From: Anaerohalosphaeraceae bacterium
Lineage (GTDB): Bacteria > Planctomycetota > Phycisphaerae > Sedimentisphaerales > Anaerohalosphaeraceae
Length of the DNA: 64,000 nt
Reading direction: 5' to 3'
Assembly (NCBI GenBank): GCA_963675525.2
Contig: CAXXSL010000016.1
Coordinates: 32,001-96,000 of the forward strand
The notes under the pieces were generated by a model. That model was not told the origin of the DNA. It made no database searches and worked only from the letters and a program-made list of their open reading frames with translations. Below are positions 19,977-30,700 of this stretch, one piece after another (position 1 is the first letter of the stretch; each line of letters opens with the position of its first letter). A program made the position numbers and the translations under genes.

Positions 19977-21298
19977 AGGTCTACCCCTAACTTCCGGGCT
20001 ACGGTCAATCCGGAACGGGCACCATCCTCATGGAATCCGTAACCACAATAGGCTCCGCAGTAAAAAATGCGGTTTTTGCCGTTGATCGCATCCAGTTCCT
20101 TATGGGTGCTCAAAGAGTCAAAGGTATAACAGGGGTGATCAAATACGATGGATTGTATTCGTTGATTTGGATCGATCCAGGTATCGCCGTTTAAGGTTAC
20201 AAAATAATTCTTTGCTGTCTTAAGTCGTTGCAATCGATTCATATAGTAAGACATATTGATCATAGATGCTTGCTGTCTGTCACCAAAACTGACATAACTC
20301 CAACTTGCCCAGGCACTTTGTTTGGGAGGCATTACTCGTATATCGCTATGCAGGGTGACATGATTTTTGGTATATGTCCATTTATCCAAAACCCTGCTTT
20401 CCTCGGGTTCCGGATTCACGAGGAGGCGACGGCTAATGTCGGCATGGGTTGAAAGCACAACGCTGTCAAAATCCATTTCCGTGTGATCTTCAAATGTCAC
20501 CTTGACCTGATTATCTATTCGCTTGACATACAGGACAGGGCTTGATTTTTTGACGGAACCCTGAAACTGTTTTTCAAAGGCATGAACATATGAAACGCTT
20601 CCGCCGACAACCGTTTTCCATTGAGGTCGGTTGGTTAGTGTCAGTAAGCCATGATGGTCATAAAAGCGAATAATCGCCTCGGCCGGAAAATCGAGTATAT
20701 TTTCACAAGGGGTTGACCAGACAGCAGCGCTGACCGGAACAATGTGAAAGTCAATATACGCCTTGGAAAATTGGTGTTTTTCAAGAAATTGCCCCAAGGT
20801 CAAACAACCGAGCCCGGTTTTCAATTCATTGATGGCAATACGATTAAAACGAAAGATATCCCACATCAACCCCCAAAATAGAGGTGAGATCAGATTTCGC
20901 CGACGCGCGAATAATCCACGGGGAACATCACTGGAATAATAAAACCCTGATTCTTTGTTTTCAAATCCAAACGACATATCAGAGTTTTGCGTGCGGACAC
21001 CCCATTGGTTAAACAGGCTTAGGAGGGTAGGATAGTTACGGTCATTCAGGACAATAAAGCCCATATCAATGGGGGTTTCTGCATCCGGTCCGGTTTGAAG
21101 ATGATGTGTGTATGCGTGGCCGCCAAGTTGCGACTCCTTTTCGATCAGCGTGACCGAATATCGTCGGGACAGCAACCATGCGGCGGTGATTCCGGAAATG
21201 CCTGCTCCAATGACGGCAATCCGATCAGGGTTAGCAGATATATTTTTTTTAGCACTTTTATCCAACGCCAACTCCCTGAAATCTCCATTTTCAACCAC
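19973..21298 (-). CDS. FAD-dependent oxidoreductase (UfaD/amine-oxidase-like)
   Basis: IAVIGAGISG, LGGHA, DMGFIVLNDRNYP, SDMSF, CGAYCGYGFHEDG. Confidence 0.88.
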   Translation of the reverse strand: MVENGDFRELALDKSAKKNISANPDRIAVIGAGISGITAAWLLSRRYSVTLIEKESQLGGHAYTHHLQTGPDAETPIDMGFIVLNDRNYPTLLSLFNQWGVRTQNSDMSFGFENKESGFYYSSDVPRGLFARRRNLISPLFWGLMWDIFRFNRIAINELKTGLGCLTLGQFLEKHQFSKAYIDFHIVPVSAAVWSTPCENILDFPAEAIIRFYDHHGLLTLTNRPQWKTVVGGSVSYVHAFEKQFQGSVKKSSPVLYVKRIDNQVKVTFEDHTEMDFDSVVLSTHADISRRLLVNPEPEESRVLDKWTYTKNHVTLHSDIRVMPPKQSAWASWSYVSFGDRQQASMINMSYYMNRLQRLKTAKNYFVTLNGDTWIDPNQRIQSIVFDHPCYTFDSLSTHKELDAINGKNRIFYCGAYCGYGFHEDGARSGLTVARKLGVDL

Positions 21299-21406
21299 AG
21301 TTTAGGTAAAAACTTATCGCCATTCAAGAATAATTGCCAGTGAAACAAAAAAGTTAATCAATTTCGGTTAAAGTTGCACATTCAATACGCTAAGGAAGTT
21401 TTCTAA

Positions 21407-21988
21407 TTAACAAGAATTCGTTTTTGGTGGATAGTAAAATCGCTTTGCCATGAGACCTAACCAGGGCATCACAAAGAACCAGATGACTCCAACCCATATT
21501 AAACCGAGATAAGACGGTTCTGAAAATCGCAATGCGCCTAAGCGGCCCGCCGCATAATAGGTCGGCGGCGCGATAATTGCTCCCAAGACCGCGGCAAGAA
21601 TAGGTTTTTTCTGTAAGAAACGAAGGGCTCGGTCCAGGGTTAGAGAAAAGTTGACCCAGATCATAAGATCCCATATTGCTGTGTAGGGTGGCGGCATTAG
21701 CCATCGATTGGGTTCCACCGTCCCAAGAAGGATCAAAAGTGTATCTGCTAAAAATCCAGTGGCTGCTGTCATTAATGCCACAATGAACACAATCCGTATT
21801 TTATTCCGTTCAATCACTGTGATATGAATTATCAAAAGTAATAGCACGACAACCATACCCAACCAGTGATAACCCCACGCTGCACCTAAAACACAAGCAC
21901 CCCAACCAATGTCAACCGAGATTACATTCCAAATATTCTTAATAAGATTTTGAATCGATTTTGGATGTTCGATTTTATCTGATTCCAC
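21407..21988 (-). CDS. DUF2878 family membrane protein
   Basis: Hydrophobic; GWGACVLGA, LMIWVNF, TYYAAGRLGA; usual neighbour of DUF1365/cfa clusters. Confidence 0.75.
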   Translation of the reverse strand: MESDKIEHPKSIQNLIKNIWNVISVDIGWGACVLGAAWGYHWLGMVVVLLLLIIHITVIERNKIRIVFIVALMTAATGFLADTLLILLGTVEPNRWLMPPPYTAIWDLMIWVNFSLTLDRALRFLQKKPILAAVLGAIIAPPTYYAAGRLGALRFSEPSYLGLIWVGVIWFFVMPWLGLMAKRFYYPPKTNSC

Positions 21989-22056
21989 GGTGTCTTTTCC
22001 TGATTAATTATGATTCCTTCACATTACCATGATTTCATATTCTAGAGACAGGAACT

Positions 22057-22242
22057 TTAGGGCTTGTCTTTGTGTATGGTTACAATGCCCAGATAGCCAT
22101 CAACGACAATTTTTTGTCCATTTTCAATAAGATCGACAACATTCGGCACACCTGTAATACAAGGAAGTCCATATTCCCTTGCAATGATCGCTCCATGAAC
22201 CAGCATCCCACCTCTTCGTTCTACAACAGCGCTGGCCATCAA
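22057..22242 (-). pseudogene. C-terminal fragment of a PEP-utilising enzyme (phosphohistidine mobile domain)
   Basis: VVERRGGMLVHGAIIAREYGLPCITGV...VVDGYLGIV; only ~60 aa, N-terminal domains absent. Confidence 0.75.
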
Positions 22243-22269
22243 TTTGCGACAGTTTTAAAGTAAAGTTTG

Positions 22270-22719
22270 TCAATCCAAATGCATCTCGATGACATTCTGA
22301 AATCGTTCAACGACATAAATGGATTTAACATCAATGCATAAAAAAGCACACGACCGAGAAGCCAGAAACGAAGCGAGTTGCGGATGTTTCTGGAGGTAAC
22401 GCTTCATCATCGTGCTGTTTTTGTTTTTGCGGATCTGCCGCACCGAACCAACGGCAGTGACCCCCATCGCTTTTCGAAAATCAGCCGCTTTGTTTGACCG
22501 GTTATCGATAAAAAAGGACACGCTGGAATTCGAGAGCATATTTTCGAACTTTCGGGTGGTCTTTGCAGTGGCAAAAACAATCTGCCGCAGATCATCCGAG
22601 CATGCAAAAGCAATGAGGTTGGTATAGGGGTTCTCTTTTTGCTGAGTGGCCAAGACGCCCAGTTTCTGAGACCGAAAAAGCTTCTGGAGCCTGTCTTCAA
22701 GCGAGGGATCTGTTTTCAA
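22270..22719 (-). CDS. Pyridoxamine 5'-phosphate oxidase-like FMN-binding protein
   Basis: LGVLATQ...PYTNLIAF...FATAKTTRKFENM...VSFFIDNR. Confidence 0.8.
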   Translation of the reverse strand: MKTDPSLEDRLQKLFRSQKLGVLATQQKENPYTNLIAFACSDDLRQIVFATAKTTRKFENMLSNSSVSFFIDNRSNKAADFRKAMGVTAVGSVRQIRKNKNSTMMKRYLQKHPQLASFLASRSCAFLCIDVKSIYVVERFQNVIEMHLD

Positions 22720-22752
22720 TTGATTGGACCTTTCGAATAGAGGAACACAGGC

Positions 22753-22956
22753 TTATAATTTCATGGGCATACAAAGGCTTTCTTCTAAGTGGGCGGTTCG
22801 TCCACAGATTTCGCATTTGTATCTCGGTTCTTCAACCAGATCCTTGTACTCTTCCGGATTGTCTACATGATAGCCATAAGACACGAAATAACATAGATGC
22901 TTTGTGTGCTCATCACTTTTGCATTTCTGATTACCCTTTGGATGTTCTGATGCCAT
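22753..22956 (-). CDS. Small Cys/His-rich putative metal-binding protein (67 aa)
   Basis: HxxHLC...KCEICGRTA...LCxP; GGGAG RBS before ATG 22956. Confidence 0.7.
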   Translation of the reverse strand: MASEHPKGNQKCKSDEHTKHLCYFVSYGYHVDNPEEYKDLVEEPRYKCEICGRTAHLEESLCMPMKL

Positions 22957-23215
22957 AATTATCTCCCGTTCATAGTCTCGCGTTGTTTTACAACAAAAGT
23001 TATTTATTGCCAAGCAGTGCGCATCTTTAGATGTGACTTTTATTATACAGAGATTCTGGAAAAATAAAAATGTAAATCCGTTAATAATAAACTGTTCTTT
23101 TCTCTGTAAAGATTCGATTTTGCCTCAATAAATGGTCTCAACGCCCAAAACGCAAGACGCTTTCTTGTGTCAATTTTGAGACGACAGAAACAAATGCTAA
23201 GAAAACCCAAAAATA

Positions 23216-24535
23216 TTAATCCTCGGCAAGTAATTCATAGACCGCATCAAGAGCTCGTCTCAACGCCCAAGCTTGCTTACCGGGATCATTGTCTTTGCTG
23301 ACATTACCAAGGGCATCCCTTAAGAGCGAGCGTTCCTGATCATTCAAGGCGTTTGTATCGGATTTCAGCAACGAATTAGCGGCAACTTCGTAAATAGCAG
23401 CGCAGGCCGAAGCCTGGTCCTTGTTGAATAAAGGCACGCCGCGATGGATAGCAAGCTCGATTACCTGTCTGGGGGCTTCCTTTGAAGTCAGTTTCTCCAC
23501 TGGCGGAAGCAAAACTTTGTCAATGACATGAATCACACCATTCGATGCCATGATGTCTGATGTAATCACGTTGGCCCTGTTGACTTCGAACGATCCAACT
23601 GTTCGGATCTCAATGGACTGGCCTTGCAGTGTCTCTGCCGATTGACTACCAAGCAGAATCTTTCCAGATACCACATGATAGGAAAGTACCGCGATAAGCT
23701 TATCACGGTTTTCCGGCTTGAGAAGATCTTCCACTGTGCCTTTCGGTAGCTTGGCAAATGCCTCGTCGCTCGGAGCGAAGACAGTCAAAGGTCCCTTTCC
23801 CTTCAGCGAGTCGGCTAACCCTGCAGCCTTGACTGCTGCGACAAGTGTCTTGAAAGTGCCTGCTGCAACGGCCGTGTCCATGATGTCCTTACTTTCGCCC
23901 GATTCATGAGACTGTCTCACAACAGCCGCTTCATTGGTGTCGGTTTCTTTCTCGGCTCTGATTTCACTAATTTCCAACTGGAATGGACCGGATTTCTTGT
24001 CTGACAATGTGAAACCTAGACTCTGGATATCTTTCGCCTTAAGGGGTTCAGCTCCCAGGATAACCCTGCCAAAGGACGTATACACAAAGTCATTCAGATT
24101 AATATGGATATCCTGCCAAGTATCTCTCTGCGTGTTCAACGGTACACGATATGATGAAGCGGCACTGCGAGAAGAGGTCATTAAGTTAAAGTAATAAGTT
24201 CTACCGTCGCCTTTGAGGCGGATTCCAATTTTGTCGTATCCATCAAGATTCAGGTCGGCTGGTTGTGCGCGAATGGATGCGAAGCCGCCTCGATTTTCCA
24301 GTGATAAATTGCCGGAGAATTCCAGCGTTTTGTCATCAGTGATGCGGAAGCGGCCCTCTGAAATTCCGCCCATAACATTGTCATTAACTGAAATCCATTG
24401 CTTGGCAACTGATTCGTCAGAGAAGTCAATCAACATTTTGCTTGTCGGCTCAAAAGCCATTCCAATGGACATGAAGCCGAAAAAAAAGGCCCATAACACA
24501 AGCAATATTATTATATTTCGTTTTATTTGACTCAT
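23216..24535 (-). CDS. Secreted CIA30-like + fasciclin domain protein
   Basis: Signal peptide; [31 protein letters not shown] (CIA30); [24 protein letters not shown] (fasciclin). Confidence 0.88.
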   Translation of the reverse strand: MSQIKRNIIILLVLWAFFFGFMSIGMAFEPTSKMLIDFSDESVAKQWISVNDNVMGGISEGRFRITDDKTLEFSGNLSLENRGGFASIRAQPADLNLDGYDKIGIRLKGDGRTYYFNLMTSSRSAASSYRVPLNTQRDTWQDIHINLNDFVYTSFGRVILGAEPLKAKDIQSLGFTLSDKKSGPFQLEISEIRAEKETDTNEAAVVRQSHESGESKDIMDTAVAAGTFKTLVAAVKAAGLADSLKGKGPLTVFAPSDEAFAKLPKGTVEDLLKPENRDKLIAVLSYHVVSGKILLGSQSAETLQGQSIEIRTVGSFEVNRANVITSDIMASNGVIHVIDKVLLPPVEKLTSKEAPRQVIELAIHRGVPLFNKDQASACAAIYEVAANSLLKSDTNALNDQERSLLRDALGNVSKDNDPGKQAWALRRALDAVYELLAED

Positions 24536-24977
24536 ATTCAGTTCCTTTCAAATGGTTTTCTCCAAAATACAATAAACAAGAGCATTTTTTAGCTCTAATT
24601 AGTCTATATACCCCACTGGCAGGCTCTCTTGTTCAGATAAAAAGGAGATATATCATATTTGCTAAGTGATACCAATCCGTATAAAAAAATGCGCTAGCTG
24701 CGCGGCTATGTCATTTTTTCGAAAGACTTCAGAATTGTCCTCGCGGAATTTTATTACAATAAAGGGTGCGAAACAACGGTTTTATGATTACCATTTGAGG
24801 CCTCAGTTTGGCAGAATGTCTGCTTTTCTGGTTATCCGTACCTCATCGTTTCAGGGATTTTGTACTGAACAGCAACGGTTTGCATCCAGATAATTATCTT
24901 GCCAAGACCTTGCCCTGCGATATCATTGGTATATGCGAGTTGTCTCGGAAAGTTGTTAAATCGATTAATAATAAATA

Positions 24978-25688
24978 ATGAAAGAGCATCCTAAACGCAA
25001 TCAAAAATGCAAAAGAAGCTTTTTCACAAACGGTGTTGTGATAACGGCAGTTTTGTCATTTTTCCTCCCAATCGCTTTGGCTCATCAGCCGCGTTTAGTG
25101 GGCGATGAGACAGAAGTCATTGTAACCTTACCTGAAATCTCCAAAGCCTATTATGGTAATCTTGCTGGACAGCCTGCAACCTATCATATTGAGGCGACAG
25201 ATACTTTCAGGCTCTATGTAAACATCCTGGTCCCGGATATTGAAGGGGCAGGAAAAGATGTTTCAGTGAAGATCCTGAAAAAGAGCGATGTCATTTCAGT
25301 GCTCGACGCCAGTGCCCACGTCTGGACGGAGTTCTATGAGCCGTTTGCAGGCGATGCTAACTACCGGGGACCAGAATATGTCGAGACACAAGGGCCTGGG
25401 GATTATGAAATACAGGTGTACAGTCCGGACAACCACGGTAAGTATGTCCTGGCAATTGGCGACCGGGAGGCATTCCCTTTCGGGGAGTTGGTCAAAACCT
25501 ATCTTGTGCTGCCGCGTCTGAAATCGGAGTTTTTTGGCAAAAGCCCGTTTTCGGCATATTCGAACATGATGGGGATTTTTCTGGGATTCATGCTGCTGGT
25601 CACGTTGATCATTGCAGCAATCCTTTACTTCGGCATCCGATTGATCAAAAAACGATTAAAAGTTACGAATCAAATGAATCGGCAATGA
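24978..25688 (+). CDS. Hypothetical exported protein with C-terminal TM anchor
   Basis: ALAHQPR signal-like segment, FYEPF, GKYVLAIGDREAF, C-terminal hydrophobic helix. Confidence 0.7.
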   Translation: MKEHPKRNQKCKRSFFTNGVVITAVLSFFLPIALAHQPRLVGDETEVIVTLPEISKAYYGNLAGQPATYHIEATDTFRLYVNILVPDIEGAGKDVSVKILKKSDVISVLDASAHVWTEFYEPFAGDANYRGPEYVETQGPGDYEIQVYSPDNHGKYVLAIGDREAFPFGELVKTYLVLPRLKSEFFGKSPFSAYSNMMGIFLGFMLLVTLIIAAILYFGIRLIKKRLKVTNQMNRQ

Positions 25689-27149
25689 TTATTCAGAGGG
25701 CGAAACCTTCTTGGCAATGGCGTTTATCATGCCTTTGAAAATAAACCAATGCAACGGATAGGACCCATACCAGTAGATCAGTCCGCCCATCCCATGAGGT
25801 TTGAAGACGGCTGTCTGGTAGAGAACGGAGTTGTCTTTATTGGGCTCGACCTCAAACTGCAACCATGCCTTCCCAGGCAACTTCATTTCCGCCCGCAGAC
25901 GCAGCAACCATTTGGGCTGAATGACCTCTACACACCAAAAATCAACGCTGTCACCGGCTTTTAAATGGCCTGGATTTCGCTCTGTTCGCCGCATGCCAAC
26001 TCCTCCTATCAATAAGTCGATCCAACCGCGTAACCGCCATAGCCAATCGGCATAATACCAGCCGCCCTGTCCTCCAATCCGCTCAATCGATTCAAAGAGT
26101 TTATGAGGCGGGCAAGGGACGGTCACTGAATACGATTCGATGATGCGCCATCCCTTCCGACAGGTATACTTTTGGAGTGATGCAGTTGCTTCCGAATCCA
26201 ACTGAGACGCTCGGAAATGCTCAAATTCCTTATCTTCTGCTTCAAGGGATTGACGCATCGCTTCTGAGATCATCTGCGGTCTCAGTGCAAAATACGTCAG
26301 CGCCGCGGAATCTTTGACAACGGTGGGATTTCTGATCCCCTCGATTAGCGCTCTACCGATCCGGAAATAAAGAGGGGTAACGAATCTCAACCACAAGCTG
26401 GATAAATAAGGAGTCAAAACGGGTACTGGTATCATCAGTCGATGCAAGTGGCGCTGACGCGCATATTCCTTCATGAGCCCCATGTACGAAATCCGTTTGG
26501 GCCCGCCAATCTCAAAAATCCGGCTTTGTTCTATCGGAAGTTCGATGGCTTCAAGAAGATAGCCAATAACATCTTCAATAAAGATCGGCTGGGCCTCGGT
26601 CCGAACCCAGCGCGGAGTAACCATGACCGGTAGCTTTTCAACCAGAGTCCGGATCATTTCAAATGATATACTACCAACACCAATAATGATTGACGCACGA
26701 AACTCAATGGTCAGAATCCCAGAGTTGGCAAGGATTTGTCCCACCTCCTGACGGCTGGCAAGATGAGAGGAGAGTTCTTTCTGGTCTCCGAGCCCTCCCA
26801 GATAGATTATCCGCTTGACCCCAGCGGTTTTGGCTGCTTTTGCAAAATGATTGGCCGCAAGTCGGTCACGTTCAACAAAATCACCACCTCCCGCCATGGA
26901 ATGAATCAGATAGAAGGCGGTGTCAACATCTTTCATCGTAACGGCCAGCGATTCCGGATTTAAAACGTCCCCCTGAACGACTTCAGTTATACCAAGGATA
27001 GAAGAATCCAGTTTTTCTGAACGCCGCGCGAGACAGCGAAGGCGGCAGGGATAGCCGGTAAGCGCCTTGGCCAATTTCCCACCAACATACCCGGTTGCCC
27101 CGGTAACAAGGATGCGTCGATCCTTTTTCGGTCGGTTCTGATTTTCCAT
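25689..27149 (-). CDS. SDR/NAD(P)-binding protein with DUF2867 domain (YbjT-like)
   Basis: ILVTGATGYVGG, YLIHSM, IYLGGLG, SSHLASRQEVG, LRLRAEMKLPGKAWLQF. Confidence 0.88.
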   Translation of the reverse strand: MENQNRPKKDRRILVTGATGYVGGKLAKALTGYPCRLRCLARRSEKLDSSILGITEVVQGDVLNPESLAVTMKDVDTAFYLIHSMAGGGDFVERDRLAANHFAKAAKTAGVKRIIYLGGLGDQKELSSHLASRQEVGQILANSGILTIEFRASIIIGVGSISFEMIRTLVEKLPVMVTPRWVRTEAQPIFIEDVIGYLLEAIELPIEQSRIFEIGGPKRISYMGLMKEYARQRHLHRLMIPVPVLTPYLSSLWLRFVTPLYFRIGRALIEGIRNPTVVKDSAALTYFALRPQMISEAMRQSLEAEDKEFEHFRASQLDSEATASLQKYTCRKGWRIIESYSVTVPCPPHKLFESIERIGGQGGWYYADWLWRLRGWIDLLIGGVGMRRTERNPGHLKAGDSVDFWCVEVIQPKWLLRLRAEMKLPGKAWLQFEVEPNKDNSVLYQTAVFKPHGMGGLIYWYGSYPLHWFIFKGMINAIAKKVSPSE

Positions 27150-27786
27150 AGTAGGTTTATTATAGTGAAAACCCGGCTCGATTGGCATTAAAAAAACAGA
27201 ACCGCTTAACCTTCGGCGTTTCGCTCCAGTCCATGCTAAACTTTTTGCCCCCTGAGGTTAAACTTCGTCTGCCAATTGTTGCAGCTGATTTATAATAGTA
27301 TTGTGTGACTTACCTAACAATGCTCGGATTAAACCTACAACCTAACTACAACCCAATACCCCAATAGCTCATAAAAGTCGAAATACGGAAAGTCATAAGT
27401 TTAGTATTACCTGTCACTTAAAAATACCTCAAAAAATGCAAACATTTTAATATACTATTCCATTGCAAGGTTCTGATAAAAGTTTTGTTTTTTAGTTAAA
27501 ATTCAAAATTGCTTTTCCAATCGCCAGTGAAAATAGTGACTTGTGGTGTCATAATGGAGACATCAGTTTTCCTGAAAATTATGCCGTTTCACTTGTGAGT
27601 TGAATCCGCCTTTATAAATATCAGAAGGCCATTCGGGCGAACCTGCGACTCCGGGTTATGAGAAACCACCCCAAAATACCTTAAGCCATTATTTCAATTG
27701 TCGTTACGAACTTAGATGGTTCTCAAAAGTCGGGAAATAGCGGAAAGCCGCTGGCAAGCCTAAATTTAACCAAACGATCAATCGCG

Positions 27787-30700
27787 TTAGTACTGGCTTA
27801 GCCAAAACTCAGATAACACGGAAAAATCTCCCAAGTTAACAGTTGTATCATAATAGTTCAGGTTTGCCTCCAACACATCCAGGTTTGACTCAACACTTAG
27901 CCATTGATCCGCCAGCACGACCAAGTCATCAAGGTCCACCTGAGAATTATTTATAATATCCCCGATCGCGATTTTGGGCCAGTTGGTCACTCCCAAAACC
28001 GCCAGTCCACCTTTTTTATCTGCGACAAGGATTCGTGAGCCTACGCTGCTGATATGAAATGCAGGAGAACTGGTTGCTGCTTTGGCGTATAAAACCCGTG
28101 CCGCGGGAGTGGACACATCCAGGACCGAAACACCATACGTTGCATCCGCCACACAGAGTCGGTCTCCGACAATGGCGACATCGACGATCATCCCCGGCAT
28201 GTCGTATTCTTCAATCAATGATGGACTGGCAGGATTTGAAACATCTAGAATGGTAAGGCCGGCCGTTCCGCAGGCGACATACAGGACTTCGCCATCGATT
28301 GCAACACCGTATGCCAAACCTGCAACAGGATAACTTCCGACATACTGGGCGGTCGAAAGATCCAGAATTGAAATGCCCATACCACCTTCAGCGACATAGC
28401 CATGTGTGCTTCCGACGGCCACATCAGAGGCCCATCCATCCGCACCCACCCCCAGAGATCCGATCAATGAAGGCGACATCGGTGAAGAAACATCCAGGAC
28501 ATAGACATCGTTGCTGTCACAAACCATGGCCGTTGAGCCATTGACGGAAACCGCTGTCGCAAATCGACTCGTTGCAAACGCGGCCGGGCTGCCCGCCGAA
28601 TTGGATAGATCAAATACATTAAGACCGGAAAGGCCGGCCGCTACAAAAGCATACTGACCTTCGATCTCAATGTCTTCCGCATGGAAAAGACTTTCGAATG
28701 TGTCATTCACAGCAGGTGCAGCCGGGGCCGATAGATTATAATCTGCCAAATTCTGCTGATTACCAACAACATAAACTTCGCCCAGAGAGTCGGAAGCAAC
28801 TCCTCCTGCGGCTGATATTAGCGAGTAGCTACCCAGCGAAGAAACAGCGGCGGGATTGCTGACATCAAGAATCTCAAGCCCAGCAGAGCCGTCAGCAACA
28901 TAAGCAACGGTGCCATCTACAACAATATCCGCAGGGTCGGCTAAAGTGGAATAAAGCCCAGAAGAAGCAGGACTTGCCGAGGCGGATACATCCAAGACTT
29001 CCAGCCCGGTTTGGCCTATTACATAGGCATATCCATTTTGGACTTCAATATCTCTGGCCGATCCGACCTGTAAGATCGTTTCACTGTCCAGAGTAATACT
29101 TCCTGAGGCGTCTAAAATAGAAAGATTCCCGAAAGAATCGAGGGTGTAAATAGTTTGTCCGCTATCTAAAATTCGTGTTCCAAATTCGATACCGTCATAA
29201 TCCATCTGGGATAATAGGGCTCCAATTTTATCTGAAGTTAGTGCCTCAGTATAAATCCTGACATCGTCGATCAGGCCCTGGAAGTAACGGGGACCGCCGG
29301 CGGCTAAATACGCGCCGATCTTAACATCTTCAGCCGAACCGCTATTGATCGGCTCATCTGCAAAGGAACTGACCGTTTCAAGCTGACCGTCAACATACAA
29401 TTGAGCTTCTGCAATATCCGGGCTGCCGTCATCGATGATCACAACGGCAACATGGTGCCATGTGTCGTTATTGATGACGGTGGTGCCGATGATATTGCCG
29501 CCCTGAACTTCCGCGCGAAGCTGACCGCCTTCATTGACACGAATGACCCAGCGGCCGCCATTGTATTCTTCGCCCCATGTCAGGATCTCACCGGAGACCG
29601 AAGCGGTTTTGATCCAGGCCATACAAGTTCGGCTGGCAGTACCGATGATGCCCTTGTATCCGGAAACTTGCACATAATCATCCGTACCGTCAAAGGCAAG
29701 GGCGTTGCCCATGTTACCGGAAACCCAGTCACTGTCGTCCATGTGCATCAATGTGCCATTATGGCCATTAAGTGAACTGTCTGACGCAATAGAACCGGCC
29801 ATTTCGTCCAGTTTCCAGTGAGCAACAGCTTCTTCCAGAACAGGCGTTGAGCCTAATTCAAAGATTCTGATGCCTTCCGATTCGTCAAGAATGTAGAGAA
29901 GCCCGCCGGAAGTTTTCACGGAATTAACTATGCCGGTTGTTTCATAGGTCACAGCCAGAACCGGTTCAAGCGGCGTTGAGATATTATATATGTGCGTACC
30001 GGCAATGCCGTCAGCGATACAAAGAGTACTACCATCACTGTCGATATCAGATGCAAAACCGCCTGTCTCAATGGTTGTTGCGCCAAGCAACGGCTTAAAA
30101 TCGTTCAGATTAACGACGGTAAATCCTTTATTGCCCAAGGCTGCATAAGCAACATCGCCCTGAACGGTAATCGCCTCAATCACGCCTTCCAGACGGATTT
30201 GATTGATGTTGGACGGCGACGCTGGATTGGATACATCCAGCAACACCAGCATGGCTCCCCGACCCAATAGAATTTTATCATCATACTTAGCTAATGCTTT
30301 TGCGGGTCCGCCAATTCCGCCAACCGGCCGTGTTCCCAAGGTCGTATTCGGACCACCTGTACCCTGCAGAGCTAAATAAGCAACTTTTTCCGAATCATTG
30401 CTGCCGATCGCTAATTGTGCGTATTTGTATTCCTGAACGGACCTGGGACTAAATCGGACCGTTATGCTTTCTATTCCTGCCGGCTGGACTGTAAAAGGCG
30501 GAACCGATGCAGAAGTAACCGAATACACATCCGTTTCAAGACCGACTGCCTGTATTGATGTTACTTCCAGAACATCATTGCCTGTGTTAGTAATATCAAA
30601 TACAAGATCGCTATTGCTGCCAATCGTAACATTCTCAAAATCGAGCATTGCAGGGGATATGCTGATCCGTCCGGCAGGTTCGCTGATACCGCCTGATATT

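Noticed and set aside
23135..23270. 14-bp direct repeat GTCTCAACGCCCAA
   Set aside because: Only two copies, one inside a CDS; no recurring attC-like site was seen in other spacers, so an integron model is unsupported
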